From NCBI RefSeq assembly GCF_009914755.1, contig NC_060926.1: a DNA stretch of 64,000 bases; one strand, written 5' to 3'. The position numbers were made by a program, and so were the translations under genes. Shown here one piece after another: positions 43,582 to 57,935 of this stretch (the stretch's first letter is position 1; each line of letters starts with the position of its first letter). The notes below the pieces were generated by a model. That model did not search any database and was not told the origin of the DNA. It worked only from the letters and a program-made list of their open reading frames with translations. The stretch is from the human T2T-CHM13v2.0 reference genome, Homo sapiens.

Positions 43582-43721
43582 CTCTGGAGACACACGCACT
43601 TCCAGCATGAACGTGTCAGTGACTCAGGATCAGCTGAGTATCACTGCTCTTTTAGAGTGCTGCTTCCAGCACATGATAGAAATACCGAGTTCATTCTGGG
43701 AAAGCTCATCTCTGAAATCTT

Positions 43722-44021
43722 TTTTTTTTTTTTTTTTTTTGAGACGGAGTCTCACTCTGTTGCCTAGGCTGGAGTGCAGTGGTGTGATCTTGGCTGACTG
43801 CAATCTCCACCTCTCAGGTTCAAGTGATTCTTTGCCTCAGCTTCCCGAGTAGCTGGGATTACAGGCATCTGCCACCACACCCAGCTAGTTTTTGTATATT
43901 TAGTACAGATAGGGTTTCACCATGTTGACCAGGCTGGTCTCGAATTCTTGACCTTAAGTGATCTGCCTGCCCTGGCCTCCCAAAGTGCTGGGATTACAGG
44001 CATGAGCCACCATACCCAGTC
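43722..44021 (-). mobile_element. AluS element in the EIF3E pseudogene
   Basis: Reverse Alu; TSD TCATCTCTGAAATCTT at 43706-43721 and 44022-44037. Confidence 0.94.
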
Positions 44022-44042
44022 TCATCTCTGAAATCTTAATGC

Positions 44043-44433
44043 TGAGAGACTGAATATGCAAACAGTCAGTGACCAGACTGTACCTGACAATTGGACTCTG
44101 CCCCACAACCTCTGCTGCAATCAGCCCAGAATAGTCAGGATTGTAAACTTTGCTTCTAACTCAGGACCAGAAAAAGATTTCTATCCTCCCCACACCAATC
44201 TCGTCAGATGTCCTGCTTTTAATTAGCCTACCTCCTGTTTCTTATGCCAACAGGCTTTGATCAGAGCACACCTGAAGCCTTTCCTGTTTTCTCTATAAAT
44301 CTTTCCCCCTGCCCTTCCTGCCTTCGAATCTCTGCCACATGCTAAGTGATGGTGACTGACTCCCTTGCTACAGTAAACCTTGAAAAAATAATCCTGTTTG
44401 TTCTCATTTGGGTGGTTTTCATTTATTTCCACA
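44043..44433 (+). mobile_element. ERV1-class solo LTR in the EIF3E pseudogene (subfamily unassigned)
   Basis: TG...CA termini, CTATAAA box, perfect 4-bp TSD ATGC (44039-44042 and 44434-44437). Confidence 0.82.
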
Positions 44434-45396
44434 ATGCGAAATGGGGATGCAGCCATGGACGATCTTACACATTTAAGACACCATTGATAATAATTGTTCC
44501 ACTCCGGTGTTTTGGCAACAAACATGTCTCATTCATCGGTCTCTGTTGTTTTCAACCACCCCTACAGCTGTGTTACCATTATTTATCTCACCTTTTTCAG
44601 CCACACTATTTTAATAATTCAGATGATGTGTCTCTGCTATTTGACTACAGTAGCCATAATAGTCAAAGATGCTCGGAAATGCAGGAAGATGGTAAAAGAC
44701 CTAGCCAATGTCTTTCAAAAGAAATCCTACACATAAAAACCCTGTTACTGAGCTGGTTGAAAGCTTTTACTTTGATGGGGACCAGAAAAAACACCCATGC
44801 TCCAATGTCTACTTTTTGAGGATTTCATTAGAAATATTTGTATATTTATATTTAAGACTCTCTGATATATCCACCGGAGTATTAGCATTAGTATGTTGGC
44901 AGATACACTAAAAGTGATCTCAGGAGAAGCTGAAGGATGACTCATACTTATTGAGAAGTTACTAAACCAGGAAATGTCCTGGGAATATCAATTTGAACAA
45001 ATAAGGAACATCTCCAGGATTACAGTTTACAAACCAGTTTACAGTTGTTAATCCACCTGAGCTTTCTAGCCAAACAACACAAGACTAAGTCTGAGATAAT
45101 TAGGCTTTACTGCCCCCAACCCCAACCCCATGTAAGCATTTTCCAGAGGAAGCTGAGGGAGGAGATTAGAATTCCTGGAGGCTAATCCACTGGGCTATGG
45201 ATCTGATGTTCAGAGTGTAGTGGTCCTCCTGGCTCCATGCTGTAAGTGCCCTGTTTCCCTCCTAGGCCTTGTCACCTCTTTTTCAATGTCTCTTCTATGC
45301 CAAGAATCCCCTTCTGTAGTATTTCCTTCCAAACAGTCCCCCTCCAAAGGCCCAACCTCTTCCTCCCTTTCTCTGCTATCAAATTTCATCTATTCT

Positions 45397-45778
45397 AACC
45401 TATTTCATTTTTTTAAGATTCCATATATAAGTGACAGCATGCAATATATAGAGATAGAGACTAAAACATGGTGACCAGGTTTGGGGATGGGGAGAAAATA
45501 GGGAGATGCAGGTCAAAGGACATAAAGTAGCAAATGTAGGGTGAACAAGTTGAAAGATTTAATATACAACCTGAGGCCGCTAGTTAATACTGGTGTATTG
45601 CATTCAGGATTTTTGCTGAAGGATTAAATATAGCTGCTTTTGCCATGATGGGGACTGGTAACTATGTAAGATGAAAGGATATGTTAATTTGTTCTGCTAG
45701 AGTAACCATTTCACTATATGTATGTATCTCATAATATATTGTATACCTTTTATATACATAAAATTTATTAAGAAAGAA
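45397..45778 (+). mobile_element. L1MA-type 3' end with a short inverted 5' segment
   Basis: L1M 3' UTR motifs (GGTAACTATGTAAGATG..ATATGTTAATTTG..AACCATTTCACTAT); ~45397-45443 is L1 sequence in the opposite orientation. Confidence 0.7.
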
Positions 45779-46289
45779 AACCTTCGTCTATTCTGATATA
45801 CAGACTTGATGGAGGTTGATAGGATTGACATATGCATTTTATCAGGACTTTTGAGGCTGAGAAGCCCTTCCCGATTCTCAAAAGTTTTCCCAAACGTGTG
45901 CCCTGCTCCCATCTCCTTCACTGCCTTGAGCATATTTTATTAAAACAATCTGTTAAGCTTCTGTCTCTCTGACCTCGCTTTGAGTGTGGCAGCCATGCTC
46001 TATTGTTTGTATTTCTAGAAACTACACCAGCTCTGGGATAGAGTAAACTCAGCCATGTGCCAAAGCTGGCAACATGGAGACAGCTGCTTCTTGCAGCCAT
46101 TCACCAGGCCACCTGCAAGGCCGTAGGGAGAAGACAAAGGAGCGAAGACTTTACGGTTAGACAAGCCTGGGTCTGCAATCCAATTATATGCCCTTGGCTG
46201 TTTTTTAAAAACCTTTATTATGTGCCCTTGGCTGTTTTTTAAAAACCTTCTTCCCAGAGTTGCAGAGATTTAATGAGATAAGAACTGAG

Positions 46290-47525
46290 TCATCTCAGTT
46301 ACTCCCAAGCCTTCAAATGTATCTCTATGCTGATGGTTTCTGCTTGTATTTCTCTAGCTGGGATCTCTCTTCTGGAGTCTGAGCCTCCGGAAGGTCCCCA
46401 CCTGGATGACTCATAGGCCTATTAAATCTAAATTAGCCAGAGAGGGTTAATAATTACCAACACTACTCCCCTACCCACTAGTCACCAAATTAGGTCCTTC
46501 TGCATCATGCTCTCCCTCCATGAGAGTATCGCCACCACATGGCCCAAGCCGGAAACCCAGGAGTCCTCCTTGATACCTGCTCACTCCTTATCCCACACAC
46601 AGACCTCTCTAATCTCCCGTTTCATTGTCCACATCTCTCTATGGTCTCTCTTCCACCTTTGCTCAGGCCTTCCTTTCTTCCAGACCAGGTCATCGCCCAG
46701 CCCATCTAACTGGCCTCTCCTTTTGTCATTTCTTTCCATGGCAGCGTTTATTACTTTCCTGCTTAAAACTAGTGGCTTCCCCTGCTGCAGGATCAAATCC
46801 AAATCCCTTATCCTGTTCTGGTCTCTGCTTAGCCTTCCTTCTCATGGCTCCTCCCCAACATCCCGCCACCTACACACTAAGCTACATGCATTCATTTCTA
46901 AGAATTGAAATGCAATCTCTGTTTTGCTCTCTCTTTTGCTTTTGAAACTTCAAACATAACGTTTCCTCCACCTGGAGTTCATTCCCTTTGTTTTTCATTT
47001 GGCTAAGGTCCTAGTCAATGATCGCAACTCCAGTGCCATCTCATCCAAGAAGCTTTGCCCACCCACTGCCCTAGCAAGGTGCATGGCTTCTGTGCTCTCA
47101 AACAGACTTGTGCCTCACTGCTTTTTAACAAAGCACTCATCACTCTGTAATGCAATTATCTAATGTAATAATTGCTAAGATTCATGGACCCCGTGCTAGG
47201 TGCTGGACATTCAGGTAAGCTCTTTACTTGTAATAGTTCATTTAGTCCTCATAACAGCCCCATGCAGTAGGTACCTTTATCATCCCTGCTTTGTAGATGA
47301 GGAAATTGAGGTGCAGAGGGGTACATACTCTTCTCAGTATTACACAGCAAGTATTTGAACCCATGAGGCCTGACTCCAGAGCCCTATAATTATCTACTAT
47401 TATCCAGTAATATTCAAGGATTTTGTCTCTGTTGTTCACTGATATACTCCTAGGGCCTACACTAATATCTGGCACAATAATAATTGCTTATTAAGTGTTT
47501 ACTGACTCACTGAGTGAATAAATGC
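46290..47525. mobile_element. L2 fragments with an embedded MIR (~47180-47400)
   Basis: Pyrimidine-rich L2-like sequence; MIR core GTAGATGAGGAAATTGAGG. Confidence 0.65.
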
Positions 47526-49740
47526 TGATTCATTGTGTCATTTCCTTCCTGATGGGCAGGGATTAGGCTTTATTCCATTTATTTCTAGCAGCTAGCTTGG
47601 ACCCTGGACATATGAAAATTGTTAAGTTTGTTTCTCTGCATAGGGTCTTTGCTACTCTGTGAGATCCATGATTCTGTTTTGCCTTTGTGGTCTTCTGAGA
47701 CCCTGTATTCACCCTGCCACACCACAGCACACTTCGCTGCGTGTCAATTTTTAGTGCATAGAAAAAAATCTGGTCAGCTGCTGCTTGACAGCTGGAAAAA
47801 TAGAGCTGTACCTGAGCCAGTTTTGTACCTCAGAAAAGCAAGGGGGAGAGTCTCCTGCCTCACGCGGTGTGTGGGTGGAGGGCTGAATCATCAAGTTCTT
47901 TGAGTTCCTTGGGAAAAGATAACTCAAAGGAATATTACACAACATGGAGAAATAGGAGGAAAATAAGCAGAGACACAAAAATGACTCAAGTGTTGAAAAA
48001 TATGATCCACGCAACTAAAAATACATTGCAACTGAGTTTGAAGAGGAAAAGACTGGGTGTCAACATTCCAGTGGCCCAAATGGCTGTGCATGAATGGGCT
48101 TTGGTTCGAAGGATGGTGAGCAGATGGTCACCGGCCTCACAGAGAAGAAGGTTGTGCAACAGGGCCTGGAGGCCCTCTGAAGATCTGAGACAAGGGGAAG
48201 AGGACAACTTTACCAGGGACAAGACAGCCTGAGCTTCAGCAAAACACTATAAAAGAGTATCCTTGGTTCCATATGACCCAGGCAGAGGGAGGAGTGATGG
48301 TAAATCCTGTCGGATTGGTGTATTATGCATTTTTCTTTTCTAAATGAGCACTTAAAATTCCCTGTAGATTAAAAAATTCTGTTGTAGATTTTTTCTAGAA
48401 ACTGAAAACTTTGGGTGGGAAGGGTGGTTCAGGCTTTCATGGACATGCAAACAATTTTCATGTTCCATTCTCTGGCTTCTCTGGTAACTGACATTTGAGA
48501 GACATGTTGGTGTAGTAGATGGAACATGGACTTGAGGCCCCTACTGTTCTGTAACCTAGGGAAAGTTGCTGCTTCAGACTCTGCCTCAGTGTCTTTTTTG
48601 AGCAACACTTTGCAAATAACATTGTAAATACTAAAGAGGTATAGAGAATATCTAAAACACTAGTTCAAGGGCACATGATATGCTTAATGAGTGAGAATGA
48701 AGTTGTCATTAATATAATTCTTTACCAGCTTTATTTTCTTAATTTCTGAAGTATTGCCCTATCATAAAAAGATTAAAGTAGATCCCAAAATCAGAAGAGT
48801 TCTTGATTAGAATGAAGGACCCGAATTGGTTTTCCAGATGGACTCACTTGTTAAAAGGGGATTGTGACAAGTATTTATTCAACAGTTTGTTCTACAGCCG
48901 GTGTTTGGGCTATTGGAAAGGAGGTGCTATATAAGTGTATTGTAATAATGAATGCCCTTAGGGAAGAGGGGAATTGTGTAAGGAGATGTATTCTGTAATT
49001 CTTTCACGTATATTCATCTTTTCTGTCCAAGTAGAATATACACCCTTTATGGGCAAGGACTACCTCGTCTAATTTGTATTTATAAACTTTCTTTTTTCTT
49101 TCTCAGGGTTTTCAAGGACTGAGAATGCACATATGGATAGAACAAATCTAGAAATTCAAGCTACTTCTATTGCTAAACAAGTATAGAGTTTCATATAAAT
49201 ATAATTCATAAAAGGTATAAACGGCAAGAGTTTCTACCCAAAGATTTTGTGAAACACCTGGCATTCTAGCTACAGCAGCAAATTATGGCATCCCTTAGCC
49301 CCTCAGAGACCTCTGTCCTCAGCAGATGTGACCGCCTTCTTGGATCTCAGCAGTGCAAGGGTTCAGTGTGCCAGCATCTCTACATCTGAGGTCTTGCTGT
49401 CTTCTGCAGGCCTTCCAGCTGCTTTGAGAGAGAAGTGACCAAAGTATTCTCACTTTTGAAGGGAGTGAAATAAAACCTGGACAAACCAGGTTCTCAAATT
49501 AAAATTCATGGATCTTCCTATTTTCCCAAGAAGAGCCTGTTTTTTTTCGTATACTCCATTGAAGCCATTGCTGGTGGACAATTTTCATAGCATTTTCTTC
49601 TCTTTTGTTTTGAAAGGCATTGATTAGTAAGTAGGACATTTCTGTTCAGCAATTGCCCTTTGAAGTTTTATTCAAACACAGAATTTACTGTAAAACAGAC
49701 CAGTCTTTATTCTTTCTTTTAGTGAAAATTATAAACTCTT

Positions 49741-50249
49741 TTTATATATATATATATATATATTTTTTTATTATACTTTAAGTTCTAGGGTACATGTGCA
49801 TAACGTGCAGGTTTGTTACATATGTATACACGTGCCATGTTGGTGTGCTGCACCCATTAACTCATCATTTACATTAGGTATATCTCCTAACACTATCCCT
49901 CCCCCCTCCCCCCACCCCACAACAGGACCCGGTGTGTGATATTCCCCTTCCTGTGTCCAAGTGTTCTCATTGTTCAATTCCCACCTATGAGTGAGAACGT
50001 GCAGTGTTTGGTTTTTTGTCCTTGCAATAGTTTGCTGAGAATGATGGTTTCCAGCTTCATCTGTGTCCCTACAAAGGACATGAACTCATCATTTTTTATG
50101 GCTGCATAGTATTCCATGGTGTATATGTGCCACATTTTCTTAATCCAGTCTATCATTGTTGGACATTTGGATTGGTTCCAAGTCTTTGCTATTGTGAATG
50201 GTGCCGCAATAAGCATACGTGTGTGCATGTGTCTTTATAGCAGCATGAT
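49741..50249 (-). mobile_element. 5'-truncated L1PA 3' end with (TA)n tail
   Basis: TTATACTTTAAGTTCTAGGGTACATGTGCA; ORF2 C-terminus in ORF 49974-50228; TSD AAAT(TA/CG)TAAACTCTT at 49726-49740 and 50252-50266. Confidence 0.93.
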
Positions 50250-50939
50250 GCAAATCGTAAACTCTTAAGCATATACACAATCATATTTCTGGACCTTGAA
50301 TCTACCCAGGCACCCCTGTGTGAAGTTAATTCTTAGGGATTGGTGAACTACTTTTAACGAGAGTTAAAAAATGACATTGGGGATAACATATGGGGTATAT
50401 ACTATATGGATGTTACTTGGTTTAGGCATTTTACTTAATGATTGGGTGGCAGTGGTTCCTGATAATGGAAAGGGATTTAAAAAATACATGGAAAGATTAG
50501 ATTTGAGCCATATGAAACTGGTGATCCTTGACCATTTTTGACCTACAAAAATAAATATTTAATGTAATACAACCTAATATGTTAAGGTTTGTTCATAAAA
50601 CAATACAGTCTATATTATGTCAAATATAAAATTGACATTGGAATAGTGGCACAGTACACTTAAGAAGATAAACTCGAAACTGTTTTAAATACAGCTATAA
50701 AACGCTGTAATAAACCAGTCGTTGATGACATAATTACATTATTTTGTACCCAGTAATTAAATAGAAGCCTTATAATTATGGTAACTGATATAAATGAATG
50801 TATTTATATTAGTTTACCATAAGCCTTGGAGTCAATAACATTTTATGAAACAACTCTTAACTGTGTTCTACGAGTCAGAGGCAAACTGTGTAGAGGAGGT
50901 TTAGGAACGCTTCCTTTATCTCACCGGAGACTATACATT

Positions 50940-51297
50940 TGTCATACTCAGTTCAGGCTGCTCTAACAAAGTACCGTGTACCGGGTGGCTTATAAACTAC
51001 AGAAATTTATTTCTCACAGTTCTGGAAGCTGGTAATCTGAAGTCAGGGTGCCCACATGCTTCAGCTCTGATGAGGGTCCTCTTTAAAATTGCAGACTAGG
51101 ACTTCTTGTATCATCATGTGGCAGAAATGGAGCAGGTTAGCTCTCCGGCTTCTTCTTAGAAGGGCACTAATCCCATTCATGAGGCTCCCCCTTCATGACC
51201 TATTTTCCTCCTAAATATCCCATCTCCAAATACCAGCACATTGAGATGAGAGTCTCAACATAAATTTTGGGGAACACAGACATTTAGTCCACTGCAA
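50940..51297 (-). mobile_element. MLT1A-type LTR
   Basis: CAGGCTGCTCTAACAAAGTACC...AATTTATTTCTCACAGTTCTGGA...TAGTCCACTGCA. Confidence 0.78.
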
Positions 51298-51953
51298 TAT
51301 TTCAATGAGAAATACTGTAAGAAAATTAAAACTACCCTGCACGTGAATAAAAAGTGCTAACATGTAAAATTAATGAAATATGGCTGATAATAATTTGGGT
51401 TGACTGTTATAATGAGAACTCCAAGAAATACATGAAATATTTTTGTTTTGAAAAGGTTCTGGCTAATGTCCAAGAGTAACCCCTCCCCTGTTTATATTTT
51501 GGTCCCAGGTACAGTAATAATTTACAACTCTGAATTATCCAAAACAGTGAATGCTCTTCTTCAGTCTGTGTGCATCTCATAGACAGTCTTATTAATAAAG
51601 GAACTAATTAGTAGCTCATGGCATGGTGCAGCATAAACATAAGGAGACACCTAACAGGCTCACTAATCTAGGGGTAAATCGCATCCTGTGGGAGGCAAGA
51701 AAATGCAAAAATCATAGAATGACTGCATCTTCACTCAAGAGAAAAAATGGATTTCCCCTCTGTCAATCCCAGGGTGCCAGATTGAAACTCCCCAACCCCT
51801 TCAAAGATAAATGTCTTAAAATGCTTGATTATTTCATTATTAGAGATTTTCCCTCTGGATGCTGCAGTTTTTGTTTTTATTTTTTCAATGGAAGAGTTAT
51901 ACTTTAGCACTTATGAGAAATCTTTATTTTAATCACTGGAGAGTGGTCATTTA

Positions 51954-52373
<420 letters not shown>

Positions 52374-53609
52374 CTACAGTGTGTTCTCCCTCCATCACAT
52401 CCAGTCGCCAGACTCGGCCATCCCACATCCCAGTCCCTAGTGCCACTTAGGACTGCAGGTTACCAGCACTTTTCTTAGCTGGCGTGCTGACTTCCAGGAT
52501 TCTTGCCCACCTCATTTCCTACTGCTCCATCAATTCTCTGTACTCTGCTCTGTGAGACTGTCCTCAAATCCAAATGGGATTCTGTTGTTTCCAATCCCTT
52601 AAACATGTCTGTAAATTCCTCCACAACATCGTCTCCACTCCCTGCCACCTTCTTGGTCCTGACCTTTCCTTCATTCTAGGCATTTGCTTATTCAGGATCC
52701 TCTTTCACGAACACTGTCCCTGAGAGCACTCCCAATTGCCTGCACCTGTATAGTCCCTGTTTGTAAAGCTTCTGCTTAGATGCTGCTTCCTCCAAGTTAC
52801 CTTCCTAGACCTGGAAAATCTGAGTGTCCCTGGTACCTTTACCCCCCTCCTCCTAGAGCACTAACTGCACTATATTTCATTGTCTTTTTGCTTTTCTGCC
52901 ATCCTCTGAAGTCTGCAAATATCACTATTTTATTCCCAGGGCCTAGCACACTGCCTAGCTCAGAGTAGTCACTGAATGTAGGCTTGTTGAATGAGCAAAT
53001 GAATGAATGAGTGAATAAGAACAGGCATAGAAAATACACAATGGTGCTTTGAGCAGAGCTTCTATTTTTGAAGAGATTACAGTCTGCTTTACTTTCTGTT
53101 TATTGGATGATTATGTGGAATAATAAAAAGAGTAACTTTTTAATTAGACCTGGCTTTACAATTTGCCAGCCCTGTCAATTTGAGCAATTTATCCAATCTT
53201 CCTGAATCTCAAAATATAAATCAGTACAGGGATAAAAGATGTCCTCCTGGTGGGGTTCTTGTGAGCACTAAGGTAAGCAATGTTAAACATGTGCCATAAT
53301 AGGCGCTCAAAGATGCTGGCTCCTCTCCTCTCCAACGCACAGCTCTGCTTCCACTTAACTCACACCCTTGCTCACCAAGTCAGTGAGCTTGAGATGCTCC
53401 TCCATCATTTATGTGACCATGAGCCTACATAATTTTAAAAATCATATGAAGAAAAAATTAAGATAATTTATATTTATTAAAAACAATGTACATGCATATA
53501 ATATATTAAAATTACTTGTATATATCAATAACTTATAAATGTTTAAAGCATTGTATGTCAAATATCCTATCCTACTGAACAGGTTAAGTAAACTTAAAAT
53601 TAGATTTCA

Positions 53610-53920
<311 letters not shown>

Positions 53921-55598
53921 AGATTTCAATAGGCAGAGCTAGGTTCTATGATGTAGGGTTCAAATTTTAGGCTGCTACTTAATTTTACAGTGCATTATTT
54001 TAAATATCATTGCAACTAAAAAATACTCTTACAATTTTATATTTTCAATGGAAATAAAATATATAAATTGGAGTTGTATTTTTATACATGGTAACTAATG
54101 ATATAAATTTTAGTCTACATTTTTTCTCTAAATAATGATAGTAACTATCTGCTTTATTTCACTATGTAATGAATTAAGAGACGTGCAGAAAAAAAGATAG
54201 AACTTCGTCATTACTATTATTTTTCCAGTGAAAGTATATACCCTAAACCAGGACACAACAGAGTGTACTGAGATAGCTTTATTTCCACAAAATTTACCGC
54301 CCAATGGCTAGTTGTGCATGCTTTTCTCACCGGCTGGATTGTGGCTAATCATGGCCAAGTGTTTTGATGCTGTTGGTTTGGCTCTTAAATGAAACTGGAT
54401 CCTGACAACAAAGTTCAAGAATTATTGTCGGCTTCTCTGCATAACTTAGAAGCATCTCCAAAGGCATATGTACTATTGCCCTGGCAGACATATATACACG
54501 AGTGCAGTGTAACACCTCTATTCTCCATGCTTGGCAAGTTAATGTGGATGTTCATTTTTATAGCCGCTAACTTATTAGCTGTGGATTACGTTGTCACTTT
54601 GTGTGTTACATTTCCAAGCATAAGAAGTGTGAGTGAGTTCTAAGACATGTGAAATGAAGGATCAGCTCGCAAAAGCTGGTCTTGAAGGCAACAGAGAGTA
54701 GGGATAAAGACTTCATCATGCAGTTCATAGAGCCTGCCAATTTCTTGATTGACAGCTCTCTGTATGGCAAGTCTTGAGGGATTGGGTATTTAAATCTTAA
54801 TTACAAAAAAGTGTTACAGAATACTAAAAATCATTCAAGGAAACTGGAAAGCTTATAGCGTAGCATTCCTCTATTAATCTCTTATACAGAGTAGATTTGA
54901 TTGACAAGATCCATACAAATAGTGTAAAGGAATTTAGAAAATCAGTACAAAACTGAAGGGAAAATTTAAAACTATGTGCCATAAACGTGTCCTATTTTAT
55001 AAATTAAATTGCTCCACAATCATGTATGCAAAAATAAAACAGATTAAAACATACTTTGTTTTAAGATGTAATTCTAGCTGGCCTAATAACTAAAATCTCA
55101 TTAATAAGACTTAAACAAATAAAATTACAATATAAACAGCTGCTTTGCTTAGAAAAAAAAATCACAAGAACTTAATAAAGAAAAAAAGAATTTGATTTCA
55201 ACAGATAGAAATAAACCAACTACAAGGAAAAGTCATTATAATAAAATTGAGCAACATTCAAGGACACATCCTTGCATATCCATGTCATTCTTTTGCTAAT
55301 TCATTAACTTAATTTGTTAACTCAACAGACACTAATTAAGAGACCTTAATTTAGGAGACCTAAAGTAAGAGTCCAAGCCATTGCCAAGTGCAGAGAATAG
55401 GGAGATAACAATGTCAGGGTCATAGTCCAGTGGAAAAATACTCATGAAAACAGGTCATAGCAATAGAATGTCATTGAAGTATGAGTTAAAAGTCTGGATA
55501 CTTTTTTTCTCTCACATCCCTGTATCCAGTCTCCATCCTTCTCACCTTTGTGCTTTTCCTTGGGGAGGCTGATTTATATGACTGTATCAGTGGGTTCT

Positions 55599-56132
55599 TG
55601 TATTAGTCAGAGTTCTCTAGAGAAATAGAACCAATAGGATATGCAGTTGACCCCTGAATGCGGGGATTAGGGGCACTGACTCTCTGTACCGTCAAAAATC
55701 CATGTATAACTTTTGACTCCCCAAAACCTTAACTAATAGCCTACTGTTGACTGGAAGACTTAACATAAACAGTCAATTAACACATGTTGTGTATTATATG
55801 TATTATATACTGTATTCTTATGATAAAGTAAGCCAGAGAAATGGAAATGTTATTAAGAAAATCGTAAGGAAGAGAAAACGGACTTACTATTCATTAAGTG
55901 GAAGTGGATCATCATAAAGGTCTTCATCCTTGTTGCCTTCATGTTGAGTAGGCTGAAGAGGAAAAGGAAGAAGAAGAGCTGGTCTTGCTGTCTCAGAGGT
56001 GACAGAGGCAGAAGAAGAGGTGGAGGAGGTAGAAGAAAAGGCAGGAAGGCAGACAAACTCAGAGTAACTTTTACGGAAAAAACCAATGTATAATCTCTCT
56101 CTCTCTCATATATAAATATATGTGTGTGTGTG

Positions 56133-56163
<31 letters not shown>

Positions 56164-56531
56164 ACATATATATATGCACACACATACACAAAGGCCTGAG
56201 AACTCTGAGAGTAAGTCCTAGTCCAAGTTCTGAAGACCTAAGAACCAGGAGTGCAATGGCCAAGGGCAAGAGAAGATGCAAGTCCCAGCTCAAGCAGAAA
56301 GCAGATTCTTCCTTCCTCTGCCTTTTTGTTCTAATGTGGCCATCAACAGACTGGATGATGCCCAGCTGCGTTGGTGAAGGTGACCTTTTCTATTCGGTTT
56401 GCTGATTCAAAGACTCATCGCCTCCAGAAACATTCTTATTCTGTTTCTGGTAAAACAGTGAGAAATAATGTTTTACCAGCTATGTGGGCCTCCTTTAGCC
56501 CGGTCAAGTTGACACATAAAATTAAACATCA
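55599..56531 (-). mobile_element. MLT2 (ERVL) LTR interrupted by a Tigger2a/MER8-like element (~55644-56091) and CT/TA/TG microsatellites; the whole sits in an older LTR33-like element
   Basis: TGTATTAGTCAGAGTTCTCTAGAGAAATAGAACC...AAGTTGACACATAAAATTAAACATCA; Tigger start CAGTTGACCCCTGAA and ATAACTTTTGACTCCCCAAAA. Confidence 0.75.
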
Positions 56532-57464
56532 CGATTTCTTTGCCCTTTGGCTTCTAGTTGGGTTCAGCCAATGGGGACCCTGGTAGCAGATAAAAGGAAA
56601 GGAAAAGTGTGAGGTGGGATACTGAGTGTGTCCTCAGCTTCTTCCACAACCTATATCTGTTCCTCAGAAGTCACAATGCCTTTCTAGTAATGTCCTTCAA
56701 CTACCCATTGGAACGTGCAGTGTGTTTCCTGCAAGGCTCTGAGTGATACATTGTGGGAGCATTAAATCCTGCAGGGATTCCAGAAAGACTTCACAGAGGA
56801 AGTAGCACTCGAGCTGGGTCCTTTTGGAGGAGTAGGAGTTCCTGAGGGCACAGGGGAGAAGCTCCCGGGGCTTGAGCAGAGGGCAAGTAGATGAAAGGAA
56901 GGAAAAAACTAAGATGATTTTGGGTGTGGATTGGAAGAGCTGTTTGGACTTACTATAAAGAATATATGCAATAGGGTATTTTGGTGAATTTTTAAGCAGA
57001 AGGTTACTGACAATAGTAAAAAGTGGTGTTTCTCAAATATAATTATTATGTTAACCCTTTCAATGAAAATATTTTTTGCAGACATTTTCAGGATTGACTT
57101 AAATTGTTTTTATTGTAATGTGTATCCTGTATGTGTCAGTTTTAACTAGTTATATATAAATTCATTTTCCTTATAATTTTTACACAACTGAAGAACCAAA
57201 ATTAACTTACATAAAAGATAAAAACAAAACCACATAAACTCTAAAATCCAAATTAATGTTAACTTAATGCAAAGGATGATGTTTTGCTGAAATAAATGTG
57301 TGAAAAAATGATTGAGTTCATTATTCATAAAGGAGTTTAACATGCCTGTAATACCTTGTGTTTTAGGGTGATTCACTTCTTCCACGTCTTTTCACGGCTG
57401 TAACTTTTGTGTGTCTTCCATCTGTACAATGTGCTGTGATGTCATTTGACCTTCATTTAATTTA

Positions 57465-57935
57465 TTGTCTCCCTCAAAAGTTAGCTGCTTAAACAACGAC
57501 TATATTATGCTTATGGATTCTGTGAGTCAGGAATTCAGACTGAGTGTAGTGGGAATGGCTTGTCTTTGCTCCATGATATCTGGGGCTCAGCTGGGAAGAC
57601 AGGTGCTTTGATCCTGACTGTCACTGGGGACCTCAGCTGCCACTGTTGCAGAAGCCTCTACACTTGCCTTTCCATGCAGCATCAGCTTCCTCAGCATCGT
57701 ACCCTCAGGGTAGCCAGACTTGGCTCCCAAATGTCCCAGCTCACAAAGTAGAACTCGCCTCATGTCTTCCATCCTTGCTTCAGAAGTCACGGGATGTCAC
57801 TTCTGCTGTATTCTACTGGTTACAGTGAGCCACAACTCAACCCAGATTTAGAGTGAGGGGGCATGGACTCCACCTCTCAGTTTCTTGATGAGAAAACGGT
57901 CAAACGCTTTTTTGCTACTTTTTAAAGCTATCATA
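57465..57935 (-). mobile_element. Old MLT1 LTR
   Basis: GATTCTGTGAGTCAGGAATTCAGAC...GATGTCACTTCTGCTGTATTCTACTGG. Confidence 0.65.

Larger units (their letters stand above)
42874..44975 (+). pseudogene. EIF3EP2: EIF3E (INT6) processed pseudogene, heavily decayed and interrupted three times
   Basis: 5' UTR-like GACTCCCCTTTTTCTTGGCAAG then ATG 42896 MAEYDLTT; later segments [83 protein letters not shown] and IEKLLNQ are collinear with EIF3E. Many stops and frameshifts. Symbol number is from recall. Confidence 0.9.

Noticed and set aside
44346-44819. 157-aa ORF with hydrophobic N-terminus
   Set aside because: Chimera of LTR sequence and shifting frames of the decayed EIF3E pseudogene.
47867-48232. 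121-aa ORF and overlapping ORFs
   Set aside because: No recognisable homology, start context or exon structure.
54180-55000. Coding-looking stretch, possibly an ancient transposase or conserved element
   Set aside because: I could not recover any motif in any frame; needs a Dfam/tBLASTx search.
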